DNA of 64,000 nt from a virus, in the IMG/VR virus record IMGVR_UViG_3300032309_001546, positions 1-64,000 of that record; one strand, 5' to 3'. The notes beneath the pieces were generated by a model, which was not told where the DNA came from, ran no database searches, and saw nothing but the letters and a program-made list of their open reading frames with translations. A program made the position numbers and the translations under genes. Shown here in pieces: positions 1 to 11,117 of this stretch. Numbering within the stretch: position 1 is the first letter of the stretch; each line of letters opens with the position of its first letter.

Positions 1-195
1 AGTGGAGGTGCAAGTAGCGTGAATTGGCAAGTCAGCCCAGACCAAATGACATACCATGGATTTTTAACACATATTGATCCTGTATCAGGTTTTATTCCTT
101 TTGCCCCTAAGTATTCATTCACTGCTACTCCCATCCTTGGCATGGTTAATCTTGCAATAACAAGTGCTTTAATAGCTGGAGCAGTAGGATTTTAA
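1..195 (+). CDS. 3' end of a truncated gene (probably baseplate/tail region)
   Basis: Frame 1 is open from base 1 (SGGASSVNWQ...AGAVGF) to TAA at 193-195, immediately before the ATG at 196. Confidence 0.7.
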   Translation, partial: SGGASSVNWQVSPDQMTYHGFLTHIDPVSGFIPFAPKYSFTATPILGMVNLAITSALIAGAVGF

Positions 196-657
196 ATGGC
201 ACAAATTCATAATCCATTAGGTAAAAGAGACTATAAGGTTAGCGCTGGATGGGATCTTGTTATAAAGAAGAATGACGGAAAGAATGATCTTTTTCTTCTT
301 GGAGAAAACTCAATGGACGTGTTTGAGCAAACTATTAGGCTAGCTTTATCTACACAAAAAGGATCCTATAAACAGAATCCAACATTTGGTGCATCTCCAA
401 AGAATACGACAACCTACATGACAGCTGACGGGCTTGAAAGTATCAAATCCTTTATAATAGAAAACTTAAGGAATAGTTATATAAACCCTAATGAATATCC
501 AATGGAAGTCAAAGTTGTTCCATTGGCAAAAACACTTATTGCTATTCAAGTTATTGTATTTATTGTAACGCCAGGAGACAGCCGTTTTCTGTCTATTAAT
601 AGTATCTTTAATGAGAGTACCCAGGAATTATCTACCGTTCAGACATTTGGAGAATAG
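196..657 (+). CDS. Baseplate wedge subunit, gp25/gpW-like
   Basis: 153 aa; 'QTIRLALSTQKGSYKQNPTFG' fits the gp25/W-like pattern; directly upstream of a J-like gene. Confidence 0.65.
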   Translation: MAQIHNPLGKRDYKVSAGWDLVIKKNDGKNDLFLLGENSMDVFEQTIRLALSTQKGSYKQNPTFGASPKNTTTYMTADGLESIKSFIIENLRNSYINPNEYPMEVKVVPLAKTLIAIQVIVFIVTPGDSRFLSINSIFNESTQELSTVQTFGE

Positions 658-659
658 AT

Positions 660-1817
660 ATGGCTAGACGTATTACAGAAATAAAAGAGCAACTATACAA
701 TGGAGCTTTGCGACGTCAAGAAGCAAATTACTTTGGTCCAGGATCTATATTAGATGGACTAGCTAGTGATGTATCTTCTCTTATATTTGAAGCAGAGATG
801 AATCAAGAAAATATTATTGGCGCTGTCCATGTTGACTCTGCTAATGATATTCAAATTGATAGGTTTGCTAGAGACTTTAATTTGTCTCGGAGACCTGCAG
901 AAAGAGCGTACTCTTATGATTCCGATAGAAATGTAGTTGTTAGCACAACAACAGGAGAATCTATTTCTTCTGTGCTAGCCATGAATAACATAGTTTTATC
1001 TGGATTAAGAATCTCAGACAATACTGGAACAAAGGTTTATGTGATAGAAGCTGCAGATGGAAGTCTAGGTAATCCTTCTGCTTATGTTACAGTTAAAGCT
1101 ATTCTTCCTGGAGAAGGATACAATGTTACTAAAAATGAACTAAGAAGGTTCGAAAAAGACTATTCTAAATTAAGAATTACAAATAACTTTTCCATTACTA
1201 ATGGGCGAGACGGGGAAGGGGTAGGAGAGTTAAAAGATAGAATCTTTGGAAAGATGGAGTCAAATACTCGTAATGCAAATGCTCTTAATTCTTTAATTGG
1301 ACAACTCTCAACTTATGGCAAGTATTCTGTTGTAAGAAACTATGATGGTCCAAATTCTTTATTGATTTGTCTTCAACCATCTTCTGGTCTTTTTTATCAA
1401 GAAAGTACGCTAAGAGATATAGAATCAAAAATTAGCATGTTCATGGGCACAGGAGTTAAACTAAGAGTTTCAAATTTTACTCCTGTTCTTTTTAATTTTA
1501 AAACAAAGATTGTATGTGAAACAAATACAATACCAATGCAAGTTGCTGCAGCGGTCAAGGATTCTATAATCGAATACTTTAATAGGCTTGTTGGATCTGA
1601 GTCAGTTTCTATGGCAGATCTAAATGACTATGTAAAATTATCAGTGCCTGGTCTTAGAATGCTTTCAAGGACAGGTAATGGTTTTCAAGAAGTAACTTAT
1701 ACGATCCTTGAGGGAAGCAGTTCTTTTACCCATCAAGCAGATAAAGCAACCGGGGTAAAAATTGAAACAACGCAAGTTGCAACAATTGGCTCTATTATTA
1801 TCAACGTAGAAGCCTAA
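660..1817 (+). CDS. Baseplate J/gp47-like protein
   Basis: 385 aa; 'GPGSILDGL', 'IDRFARDFNLSRRPA', 'VTVKAILPGEGYN', 'ITNNFSITNGRDGE...LKDRI' are J-family hallmarks. Confidence 0.85.
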   Translation: MARRITEIKEQLYNGALRRQEANYFGPGSILDGLASDVSSLIFEAEMNQENIIGAVHVDSANDIQIDRFARDFNLSRRPAERAYSYDSDRNVVVSTTTGESISSVLAMNNIVLSGLRISDNTGTKVYVIEAADGSLGNPSAYVTVKAILPGEGYNVTKNELRRFEKDYSKLRITNNFSITNGRDGEGVGELKDRIFGKMESNTRNANALNSLIGQLSTYGKYSVVRNYDGPNSLLICLQPSSGLFYQESTLRDIESKISMFMGTGVKLRVSNFTPVLFNFKTKIVCETNTIPMQVAAAVKDSIIEYFNRLVGSESVSMADLNDYVKLSVPGLRMLSRTGNGFQEVTYTILEGSSSFTHQADKATGVKIETTQVATIGSIIINVEA

Positions 1818-1818
1818 C

Positions 1819-3441
1819 ATGAACAAGTACTCTGAAGTAAAAACTCGACCATCATACTCTTATAAAGTACAAAAGTTAGCAAACGCCTTGCCAAGCTGGA
1901 CAACTGCACGAAAAGATAAGCACAGTAATTACCAGTCTATATTATCTGATCTTATAGATCCGATAACTGATCTTATTGGATTCACAAGAAATTACACTTT
2001 CAAGATGTTAGCTACAGAGACGGATAGCTTCGACTCGGCTAAGGTTTACACGTATATCATAGAAAATGCGCCCAAGGAACAGAAGGAAAGTTTTACTTTT
2101 TTCAAAGCTCCTATTGCTGTTATTGTAAATGACAATACTCTTTCCTGTGACGGATATCCTTTAGTGGAATGTCCTAATGATAATGTAGAGGATTTAAATA
2201 ATAGACTACCATTAGAAATTAAAAGTCTAATAGATAGGAATCCAGCAGTTGATGTAATTTCATACGATCCTATAAAAAAAGAAACTTGTATATTTGTAAA
2301 AGAAATATGCTACTTGGGAATTCATCTATCATCAATGGAAGATATTGTTCCTGAAAATTTTTATATGAAGCAAGGGAATACTTATTCCTATAGTTTAGTC
2401 TATCTTAAAAACTTATTTAATATCCCAGTTCAAGGATTTAATCTTTTTCCTTTTAGAAGTCATAATTTTATAGATCCAGTTCATCCAGGTATCTATTACA
2501 TTTCTTTTGATCTAATCCAAGATACACAGTTAGATGATTTTACAATTGGAATATATCCTAATTTTTCTTTCCCGACAGCTGACAAGAATTTTTTCTATGA
2601 TACTTACATTGATGCTAATAGCTCAAAGATTGTTTATACGAATATAAATGGAGAATATCTAGAGTTAATAGAAAAGAATTCAAGAGCTCACTCTGAACTT
2701 AATGACTCACTGGGAGCGATTGATAGCTTTACAATGCTAGATGAAAATGACTCTGCTCTTTCAATATCTTCTTACGTTAAGCGAGATATGCTTATGTATG
2801 CTCTCTCAGACGAAGATGGCAGTAAAATCTATTGCTATGATTTGTTCTTAAATGGCAATTCATATGTTTATGAGAATAATGAAAACTACCTATATGAGAT
2901 AGTTTTGAATGAATTGGATTACAAGATTGGTGATCAAATTGTCCTGGAGTCTAGACAGACTAAATTATTTTCAACAAAAAGAGTTAGGTCCATTAGACTG
3001 AAAGTTGAGAACTATGAAAGCTCAGGTGACCCTGAGTACTCTCCTTACTATATAAATGAAAGTGGAGATGTCTTTGCTAATCCAGATAAAGCTTGGAGAG
3101 ATGTAGATAGCTATGAAAAGAAATGGAAATTCACTATCGACACTATTGGTAGCTACCGTTTTACAATTGAAGCTCTATATGTTGACACAACGACAGCAGT
3201 TGTTGGAGTTAAGCTAATGCTGGTCAATTATAAGGTACCTTATAAAGTCTTTAATCTGCCAAATGATTATGCTGGATGGAATCTAGGAATATCTCCTGAC
3301 AATAAAATTGAATTGATTAATCCAGATGATGGTGCTAGGAAGATAATAGAGTTTTATAAAGATGGATATTACTTTGATGAAGTTACTGGAAATATCTGGA
3401 CAAACTATCCTTTTACTTCAATTAGTGTAGAGTACGAATAA
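1819..3441 (+). CDS. Putative baseplate/virion structural protein
   Basis: 540 aa, tightly coupled after the J-like gene; beta-rich; no enzyme motif. Confidence 0.5.
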   Translation: MNKYSEVKTRPSYSYKVQKLANALPSWTTARKDKHSNYQSILSDLIDPITDLIGFTRNYTFKMLATETDSFDSAKVYTYIIENAPKEQKESFTFFKAPIAVIVNDNTLSCDGYPLVECPNDNVEDLNNRLPLEIKSLIDRNPAVDVISYDPIKKETCIFVKEICYLGIHLSSMEDIVPENFYMKQGNTYSYSLVYLKNLFNIPVQGFNLFPFRSHNFIDPVHPGIYYISFDLIQDTQLDDFTIGIYPNFSFPTADKNFFYDTYIDANSSKIVYTNINGEYLELIEKNSRAHSELNDSLGAIDSFTMLDENDSALSISSYVKRDMLMYALSDEDGSKIYCYDLFLNGNSYVYENNENYLYEIVLNELDYKIGDQIVLESRQTKLFSTKRVRSIRLKVENYESSGDPEYSPYYINESGDVFANPDKAWRDVDSYEKKWKFTIDTIGSYRFTIEALYVDTTTAVVGVKLMLVNYKVPYKVFNLPNDYAGWNLGISPDNKIELINPDDGARKIIEFYKDGYYFDEVTGNIWTNYPFTSISVEYE

Positions 3442-4367
3442 TGGCTATACTTACAGGGAATAAAGCTGCTGATGTCCAAACTTCAGTAGAACTAGATTAT
3501 ATGGGTCTTAGATTTGGTCTTATTAGAGATGATAATGAATCTCTTTCTGACTTTAGAGAAAGACTAATATCATCTTTAATTTGGCCAAATAATATATCTG
3601 ATATTGGCTATAGTATGAGTATTGCAAGAGCTGCTAATTGTTTCCCTAGGATAATTGGATATATAGAATTATCAGAGTCTCTTTTTATTAAGAATGTGAA
3701 CAACCGACTTATCCTTATGACAGACCTAAGCACTGAAATAAAAACGTATGAAGCCGGAGAAGATTCTTGTTTGGATGACTTGGACACCTACCTAGTAGAT
3801 AATGACTATGGTTCTATAACATATACAGATAAAAACAAGTATAAATACAAAAACTTATCTTTTATCTTGCCATTTGCCAATTACGAATCTCGAAGAGTTG
3901 CGAACTTACAAGAAGGTGCTACTGTATTAACAGATAGATATATTGTTGATGGGTCTATTAGAAGTGACTCTGAATATATAAAGACAAGGGTGCTAAATCC
4001 AAGCCTTATCACTAAGATAGGGGAGTACTACTATGATGGTGTTGGCACAGTAATAACGTATGATTCTGCTCAAAATATAAGCATCTCTATATCCTACTCT
4101 ATGAAGTGGAATATTATTCCTATTGTTTATAATCCAATTAGAGTTATTTCTTTAGCTGCTGTGTCTAGAACGTCTGATATCAATAATTATGAAAACAAAA
4201 TGAACAAAGTAATTGACGGCACTGAAGACAATATCTTTGTTGACTTTGATCCTTTGTATAAAGATTTGTTTTGGAATGCTATTGTAAAAAATAATGCCCT
4301 TTGGAGAGCTAACGAAAACAATCCAGTCTCAGTAAACGGAACTTACTATGGCAAACAGAATAAATAA
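3441..4367 (+). CDS. Baseplate wedge protein (P2 gpI/gp48-like N-terminus)
   Basis: 'LDYMGLRFGLIRDDNESLSDFRERL' matches the LD.xG...gl.R...EsD..yR.Rl motif of wedge proteins. Confidence 0.6.
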   Translation: MAILTGNKAADVQTSVELDYMGLRFGLIRDDNESLSDFRERLISSLIWPNNISDIGYSMSIARAANCFPRIIGYIELSESLFIKNVNNRLILMTDLSTEIKTYEAGEDSCLDDLDTYLVDNDYGSITYTDKNKYKYKNLSFILPFANYESRRVANLQEGATVLTDRYIVDGSIRSDSEYIKTRVLNPSLITKIGEYYYDGVGTVITYDSAQNISISISYSMKWNIIPIVYNPIRVISLAAVSRTSDINNYENKMNKVIDGTEDNIFVDFDPLYKDLFWNAIVKNNALWRANENNPVSVNGTYYGKQNK

Positions 4368-7056
4368 TATATACAACATATATATAGAATCTTACATTTC
4401 TGATGTGGAAAAAGAGAAAGAAGTTTTTCCAGAGAAAAGTGAGTTCCATACTTTTAGTAATTTTCAGTTATATGGCGATGTAAATATGCTTCCAGAGTTA
4501 TATTGGGGGCTAAATAAAAACAGAGCTGAGATTCCATTATCAATGTATCGTAATGGAATAGTAAGTAGCACTGCATTAAAGTCTGAGATTAAAGATAACA
4601 AGCTATACGTTATGCCAGGCGAATATATGCTTAGAGGTGACTTAAATTATCTAAGTTACCAGAACGTTCTTGATTACAGTACAGATACTGTTGATGATAC
4701 ATATCTATCTGCTGGGTTATATACTGCTGATGTTGCACGAGTTAACTATATTACTTCCGGAGTTTACAAAAGAGGGAATAAAGCTAGTAGACTTATTGCG
4801 TCTCCTAAAGACCAGGGAAGTGTAAGTGTACCAATAGCGCCAGAGGGCTACCTTGGCTACGACTTTGATGAAAGTATTGAAGAAATTATAGTAAATAACT
4901 ATATCCAAAAAAATTCAGTTGCAGAGATTCTTATAAATCCTAAGGGTGGGTCAGACAGTAGAAGTGACCAAGAGCTTAGTCTTATAGGAGAGTTTCTTGG
5001 CACAGCTGATGGTACTGGTTCTCAAGTATTCAATACTAAATACTTTCCAATCTCCTCTCCTGGTCCAAGTAATAATAATATTACAGACCAGCTAACTAGA
5101 GTTTATGTTAAGTCTCCAGCTGGAGCTGTCACATTTTATAAAGTTTTTGAGTCATACTATGACGCACTAGACCAAGGTGGGAATAGTTGCTATCTTGATA
5201 GGTACAAAGGGAAGATCTTTTTTGCAAAAGAAACTCTGAAGTCTCAGTTTCAATTATCGAATGTGACCATTGATGCTGGAGATGCTAATACTATATTGGA
5301 TATTCCAAAAGAATATGGAGTCTTATTTGATGACTATGGTGTAATAGAGATTAGTAACGAAGCTGAGACAGTTAGTGACTTTGTTCTGTTCAACAAGATC
5401 GACAATAAAAGAATACAGATTGCACAGATTGGCCATTCTTATGATGATGACATAGTAATTATCAAGCCAGATCTATACTTAACACCCCCTAGTGGTATGG
5501 TGTATGCTTTCTATACAACTGTAATCGGTTTCCAGTCAGAAATAGGATCTGCTCCAAGGCAGCACCTATCAGAAGATATTACGCCTTGGTTCTGGTCGAA
5601 TCAGAAGACTATTGCTGTATTAAACAAAGACAGAATCTATCCTTATAGCATTACATTAAAAGCTGTAGATGTTCCGTTTATAAAACGCAATGGAACAAGT
5701 TTATTCTATGGGCCATTACATTCTGGATCTGAAGTTGTATTTCTTCAAGGAGAAGTACTAAGTGACCAAGGCGAGCCAGTAACTAATCAAGAAGTAACTA
5801 TTTTTGTCAAAGAAGGTATGGGGCTTTTGAATGGGGAAAACGAGGCTACTCTTACAACCAATGATGAAGGTAAGTTCTATATATCATTTAACCCAATAAG
5901 CAGTAGAACAAACTTCTTACACTTTACTGATAATGATGTTAGAGTTTCAAATGGCAAAACTTATCTAACTGTAAATCCAGCTTATAATGATCTATCAAAG
6001 AATCCACTTGGAAAATCAGAACCAGAATCAGCTATTGTCTATGCTATATTCAAAGATGATGGCGCACTAGGAACAGTTGGTAAGAAATATACTTATAACC
6101 CTAATGAGGTTATTGGTAATGTTGCTGCTGACTTTGTTGGCAAAGTATTTCCTTTATCTGAAAGACTAGAAAAAGTTGGTAATTATGGAATTCTATTTTA
6201 TGACTTCCTAAAGGAAAATGAAATCTTACAGTATGTAAAAGGTAGAGCAGTTATAAAGGCAACTGTAGATGGAGAGGCTGACCCTGTTTATATTACTTTT
6301 AATATAAAAGATATTGTTAATTATCCTGAAGCTTTTTGGAATTCTGGAGATGAAGAGTACGAGTTCTTAGCTTCAAGACAAAGACATTCTACTTATGCTA
6401 TTGTTGTAGCAGAAGAGGATGAGAGTTTGCTACCTGAGGTTACGGAGATTCATAGTTTCTGGATCTTATCAGAGTCTGATATCGACTACTCTTCTGAGTT
6501 ATTTAATGGCAGGAAAGTGATATTTGCAGAAGAGAAGGGAGCAGGATGGAGGCATCCAAATGTCGAATCCCATACTCCTATCTATGGCCCAATAATGACT
6601 AACTATTATAATAGTGCTGGTAGGCATTATGTTGTACCAAGTGTTTTACCTATTCCAAGTAATACAAATCGAGATGTTATACTTGCTGGATATGCTTTGA
6701 TTCCAGACAAGGAAGCAGCAATTCAGGCAAGAACAGCATCAGAAGATGAAGTCATATATAGCAATGTTGTAAGCTTCGAGATAGAGCTAAATGTTAGAGA
6801 TAAGGGTGTAGTAGAGAATACTCTAAAGACTATTAAAGTTCCGTATGGATTTAGATTCAGAGACGAGAACAGTGATGCAAGCTCTACTATAGGAACAGAA
6901 ACATTTTTGACTGTTAATGCGTTACCCGGCACATCTCTTACTAATCCTAAATATCCTGTGATTTCTTATCTAACTAGCAATGGTATTATTTACATGGACG
7001 ATGTTGCATATCAGCATAGCTCCACATCTGTTAACTTCACTATAGAAAGTGTCTAA
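4348..7056 (+). CDS. Large baseplate-associated protein with an Ig-like (Big-1-like) domain
   Basis: 902 aa; 'LGTADGTGSQVF...FPI' and 'YLDRYKGKIFF' baseplate-like motifs; Ig-like 'VLSDQGEPVTNQEVTIF...LTTNDEGKFYISF'. Confidence 0.55.
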   Translation: MANRINNIYNIYIESYISDVEKEKEVFPEKSEFHTFSNFQLYGDVNMLPELYWGLNKNRAEIPLSMYRNGIVSSTALKSEIKDNKLYVMPGEYMLRGDLNYLSYQNVLDYSTDTVDDTYLSAGLYTADVARVNYITSGVYKRGNKASRLIASPKDQGSVSVPIAPEGYLGYDFDESIEEIIVNNYIQKNSVAEILINPKGGSDSRSDQELSLIGEFLGTADGTGSQVFNTKYFPISSPGPSNNNITDQLTRVYVKSPAGAVTFYKVFESYYDALDQGGNSCYLDRYKGKIFFAKETLKSQFQLSNVTIDAGDANTILDIPKEYGVLFDDYGVIEISNEAETVSDFVLFNKIDNKRIQIAQIGHSYDDDIVIIKPDLYLTPPSGMVYAFYTTVIGFQSEIGSAPRQHLSEDITPWFWSNQKTIAVLNKDRIYPYSITLKAVDVPFIKRNGTSLFYGPLHSGSEVVFLQGEVLSDQGEPVTNQEVTIFVKEGMGLLNGENEATLTTNDEGKFYISFNPISSRTNFLHFTDNDVRVSNGKTYLTVNPAYNDLSKNPLGKSEPESAIVYAIFKDDGALGTVGKKYTYNPNEVIGNVAADFVGKVFPLSERLEKVGNYGILFYDFLKENEILQYVKGRAVIKATVDGEADPVYITFNIKDIVNYPEAFWNSGDEEYEFLASRQRHSTYAIVVAEEDESLLPEVTEIHSFWILSESDIDYSSELFNGRKVIFAEEKGAGWRHPNVESHTPIYGPIMTNYYNSAGRHYVVPSVLPIPSNTNRDVILAGYALIPDKEAAIQARTASEDEVIYSNVVSFEIELNVRDKGVVENTLKTIKVPYGFRFRDENSDASSTIGTETFLTVNALPGTSLTNPKYPVISYLTSNGIIYMDDVAYQHSSTSVNFTIESV

Positions 7057-7065
7057 GGAAATTGC

Positions 7066-10000
7066 ATGAGCGACGCTCTTAAAACTGCGGTTAATCTCGT
7101 TCAAAGCTTTACTTTTTCTGATGGCATGCAGCCGTCAGCAAAACAGTTTGAAAACATATTTAGTGGCCTAACACAAGGATTGAATATCTTTTCTAATGTG
7201 ATTGGGCCTGCTCTAAATAGTAGTGTTTCTGTTCTTACAAAGAACAAAATTGTAAGTAGCCATAAGTACAACTCTATGATGATTGATACTGAGCGCTCTA
7301 ACTTTGAGAGTGATGCTCAGGAAAGTATTTTAAATACTTTTAACCTAACTAGAATTCTAGGCAGCCATAGCTCTCTTAATCCTTTATACCTACCTGGGAG
7401 TGTGCATCTTGTTGCATCCCAATCATCAGGGTATCCATTAGCTACTGATGTCAAAGTTCAACAGCTACCATTCCCTCCTACTGATGGCTATGACTTCGAA
7501 ATAGATGATGATGGGCGTACTTGGGTACAAGCTGCAAATGCAGCTGCAGCTAGCATTGTGACTGGTGCATATTCTTTTTATATAGATGGCTCAGGAACGA
7601 TTTATACAAATCGTCTTTTTAAAGCTGGCGCTAGCATTAAGTATGATCTCAGAATCCCTAACACTTATGGTGCTCTAGGCTCAAGTTATAACATGATCCC
7701 TGATCCGTCGATTGAGACATTACTTGATGCAGATATCCTTAGCCGCACAGGCGATGGAACATATGGTAGAGTAAAACTAAGCTTGAGAAGCACAGGATCA
7801 GACTATAGTGAATGGACTCTTGTACTTCCTCCTGTTATCTCTCTTAAGGATCCTTTACTAACTAGCTCAACCCAAGGTGTTGCTAATCAAGGCTTTGAGC
7901 CTTTTGGTGTTTTTGAATCTAGCGATAGTAAGAAGTATTATGGTTTAAACAGTGAGCTCTACTTAGAGTCTGGCGGCGGGCTTATTGATAATAATACTTT
8001 AGTTCTTTTTAACGCAGAGTCGGGTAAGAGTTATTTTTTAGATTGGACTTCTGCTAATTTACCCGGCGAAGAAGCGAAACGTACGTTCTATGCCTCAGGC
8101 AGCACTGCTCTTCTCACTCTGTTTAAGAATGATGCTGGAAACTTAATCTCCTCTAATGGGGGATTCAATACGAAGAGTTTTTATATTTTTGCTTTTGGCA
8201 CCAATATTTCAGATACGCTTGCTCAGGTAAATCTAAACTTTGCCAAGCACAAACATGATGGATCTGATAGTTATAGAATTCATCATAATGACTTGCTTGG
8301 TACTCAAAATGGTGTTCAAGGATTTAGTTCTCAAACTGGAACATGGGGTGGACTTGACTTTGTAACTTACAATCGTCAGTTTGCGTTTAGCGATATAGAG
8401 GACAATGTTCATCCTCAATATTTTCACAGATTAGGATTCTTGCATGGAGGAACATCTGGCAAATACAGCGATACTCATTACAACGGGACAGCTTTTGCCA
8501 AAAAAGCTGATTGGAATTTCTTGCATGGAGATCTAGTATTTTCTCCAATTGAAAAAGTTTCTCGTCCTATGCTATACGAAAACTTAGGCGATTCATCTGC
8601 TGATCCAGACAGGAATAAGATAGACTGGGATCTTACATTCGATTCTAATGAATATAAAGGTACGAAGTATCTTGGCAACCTAAGAAGTCATAGCCTTATG
8701 TTTGGTGTGCCGCTTATTATGAATCAAACTGCAGGATCAAATCCTGACGGAGATCTAGATCTTGAGCCTTCTTACAATGGTGCAGTTAGAGTAAGTTATG
8801 AGAATGGCATATTCTATAACGACACATTATATGATGTTGCTAACCAGAAATATAGACTATCAAAACATGGTTTCATCCCAGGAGATGAGACAGGAATAGA
8901 TGGAAATCTTTCTCCTGCATTTAGAGGTCTTAATATTGGATGGGGTAACCTTTTCTTTGGACATAGAGAAGATATCTTCGGAGGAAGAATGTCTGGCATA
9001 TGGATTGGTAAGACAGAGGCGAGTGCTTTTTGGCGCACTGCTGAGTTTAATGTTGTAACAACAGCAAATAGTCAGGCTGGCAAAAATACAAACTCCAAGA
9101 TTAAAGAAGGTTATAACTACCGAGATGGTTTCACAGTTAGAGCGCTTAAAGGTTCTAGCATCTGGTTAAGCACCGGCGCAGAGTCTCCAAGTGTTAATGA
9201 CATTTCTACAGGTAAGAATAGTCTTGGAATTCCAGGAACAATTGCACTAGAAGCTAGCTATCCTAGCTCTAGAGGAACTACTACCTCAGGTACTGATAGT
9301 GGTATTTTTTCGTTAAATACAAAAAATATCTATGATACATATGGAGATGCAATGAGTTCAGGCTCAGGCATTTTTCTTGCTCCAGGGCCGTTTATTGACA
9401 CTGCTGGCGCAGACTCATATCGCAATCCTTGGGTTGCTGCGACAATGGATGATTATAAGTTTGCTTCATTGTGGGACAGTTCTTCATTAGGACCAGTCGT
9501 TACAGGAAATATATTTGATGGTGCAACTTATGCTGGACCAGGGCCAATGCTTGATATATTTGCATTGGCCCCTGATAGACAAAAAACAAATGCTACTTCA
9601 AATGGAAATATTCCAGTTGGCACAGATAGCGATCTTCTTGGTTGGGTTTTCGGTAGGCCTTTTATCCGTGGTACTTATGGTATTAACTTTTGTGTAAATG
9701 GTGGCTTTGTAAATATAGATACTGAATTTAAAAGTGGCTATAATAAAAAAGTTATAAGTTCCCCTTGGGGCCCCACAAGTGCAATTCTTAAAACTTCTAC
9801 CAACGAATACATTCATAGAGAATTTAAATTTTGGGGAAAAAATTACAATGAGGGCCCTAGCGCAAGCGCAGATAGCCATGAAAATACTATGGGTGGGAAT
9901 ATAAATCTTCTATATAACTTTGGAAGAAATTATACTCGTTTTGGGAGAAGCGAAACTTGGAGTAACTCTACAAGTCTATCTGGCGCAACAGGCTCTTCAC

Positions 10001-11082
10001 AATGGACAAACTCAAGAAGAATTGCTCTTGGCTCTTCAAAGCCAGAAGATTATGGTTCTGCTATTCGTCAAGCTTCATTTGTTGACGCTTTTGCTGGAGT
10101 AAGAAATGATCCGTACCAGCCATTTATTGCTGAGTATGTAGTTCCATTTGTTGCTGACTATCAGATTGCGGAAAGCGGAGCTGCTTATTATGGCCAAACA
10201 ACTTCAGTAGCTGATCTGCTATCAGACGGTACATTTGTAATTGGTGATGCAATACAAAATGCTTTATCTATCTCTACAGCACAGCCTTTTCTTGGATGGA
10301 AAGCAAGTTCGCAAAAATATTATTTAGCTTTGTTTAACTCACAAGATAATAGCTATACAACAAGATTAGACTCAATGGTTAGAGGGTCAGAAGAAATTTA
10401 CATTGAGAAATCTGGTGAGAGAGTTCCATTCTCATATGCGGGAACTGAATATCCTGAATATGACACTCATTTTCCTCAGTCGCTAATAGATTTTAAAGTA
10501 AATCTTCATTACTATATTGGTCAAAAAAATACTGGATCAATTGGAACAGGAGATACAGACAGCCCAAGTGAAGCATCAGACTATAATGGATTAGATTATT
10601 TAAATGTAATCTATCGCAATACTCATAAAATGGTCCCTGCAATAAAAGGAAATATTATTGCTGGAAGTAGTCTTAGCACAGACAATAATGTAATCCCTGT
10701 TGTGTTTAGCTCAAATAATGGGCAATCTAGGTTTCCATTAAATACAGTCCAAGTCAATGTATCAGCCGGACCTACGTATGCGACTGCAGCTTCATCTTTT
10801 ATTCCTCCATATCTAAGTGGATATGATGCAGCACTGGGTGTTGTTCCATCTACAAACTTAATGACTACGTATAGAAACAAGTTTCCTTTGTTTGAAAGTA
10901 GTTATGGAACTTTTATGTCTAATAAACAATTTTGTATACTATTAAATATACAGGCAAAGCCAGTAATAACTGCACAAAACTTACCAGTGCCTTATCAAAT
11001 CTACAAGGGTTTTGGCGGTGAAGTTTATATTAGATTCTCTGGTTGGGTTACCATCAAAGTCAAGACTGCTGACGCGTTCTAA
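7066..11082 (+). CDS. Tail fibre / large virion structural protein
   Basis: 1338 aa, G/S/T/N-rich; fibre-type His motifs 'KHKHDG..RIHHNDL' and 'DNVHPQY'. Confidence 0.6.
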   Translation: MSDALKTAVNLVQSFTFSDGMQPSAKQFENIFSGLTQGLNIFSNVIGPALNSSVSVLTKNKIVSSHKYNSMMIDTERSNFESDAQESILNTFNLTRILGSHSSLNPLYLPGSVHLVASQSSGYPLATDVKVQQLPFPPTDGYDFEIDDDGRTWVQAANAAAASIVTGAYSFYIDGSGTIYTNRLFKAGASIKYDLRIPNTYGALGSSYNMIPDPSIETLLDADILSRTGDGTYGRVKLSLRSTGSDYSEWTLVLPPVISLKDPLLTSSTQGVANQGFEPFGVFESSDSKKYYGLNSELYLESGGGLIDNNTLVLFNAESGKSYFLDWTSANLPGEEAKRTFYASGSTALLTLFKNDAGNLISSNGGFNTKSFYIFAFGTNISDTLAQVNLNFAKHKHDGSDSYRIHHNDLLGTQNGVQGFSSQTGTWGGLDFVTYNRQFAFSDIEDNVHPQYFHRLGFLHGGTSGKYSDTHYNGTAFAKKADWNFLHGDLVFSPIEKVSRPMLYENLGDSSADPDRNKIDWDLTFDSNEYKGTKYLGNLRSHSLMFGVPLIMNQTAGSNPDGDLDLEPSYNGAVRVSYENGIFYNDTLYDVANQKYRLSKHGFIPGDETGIDGNLSPAFRGLNIGWGNLFFGHREDIFGGRMSGIWIGKTEASAFWRTAEFNVVTTANSQAGKNTNSKIKEGYNYRDGFTVRALKGSSIWLSTGAESPSVNDISTGKNSLGIPGTIALEASYPSSRGTTTSGTDSGIFSLNTKNIYDTYGDAMSSGSGIFLAPGPFIDTAGADSYRNPWVAATMDDYKFASLWDSSSLGPVVTGNIFDGATYAGPGPMLDIFALAPDRQKTNATSNGNIPVGTDSDLLGWVFGRPFIRGTYGINFCVNGGFVNIDTEFKSGYNKKVISSPWGPTSAILKTSTNEYIHREFKFWGKNYNEGPSASADSHENTMGGNINLLYNFGRNYTRFGRSETWSNSTSLSGATGSSQWTNSRRIALGSSKPEDYGSAIRQASFVDAFAGVRNDPYQPFIAEYVVPFVADYQIAESGAAYYGQTTSVADLLSDGTFVIGDAIQNALSISTAQPFLGWKASSQKYYLALFNSQDNSYTTRLDSMVRGSEEIYIEKSGERVPFSYAGTEYPEYDTHFPQSLIDFKVNLHYYIGQKNTGSIGTGDTDSPSEASDYNGLDYLNVIYRNTHKMVPAIKGNIIAGSSLSTDNNVIPVVFSSNNGQSRFPLNTVQVNVSAGPTYATAASSFIPPYLSGYDAALGVVPSTNLMTTYRNKFPLFESSYGTFMSNKQFCILLNIQAKPVITAQNLPVPYQIYKGFGGEVYIRFSGWVTIKVKTADAF

Positions 11083-11117
11083 AAATATACAAGCTGTTAT
11101 ATAAATAGGATTTTTAT

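Noticed and set aside
11100-11107. T4-type late promoter TATAAATA
   Set aside because: Only 10 nt from the ATG, abutting the RBS, and not repeated before other late genes; likely by chance in AT-rich DNA
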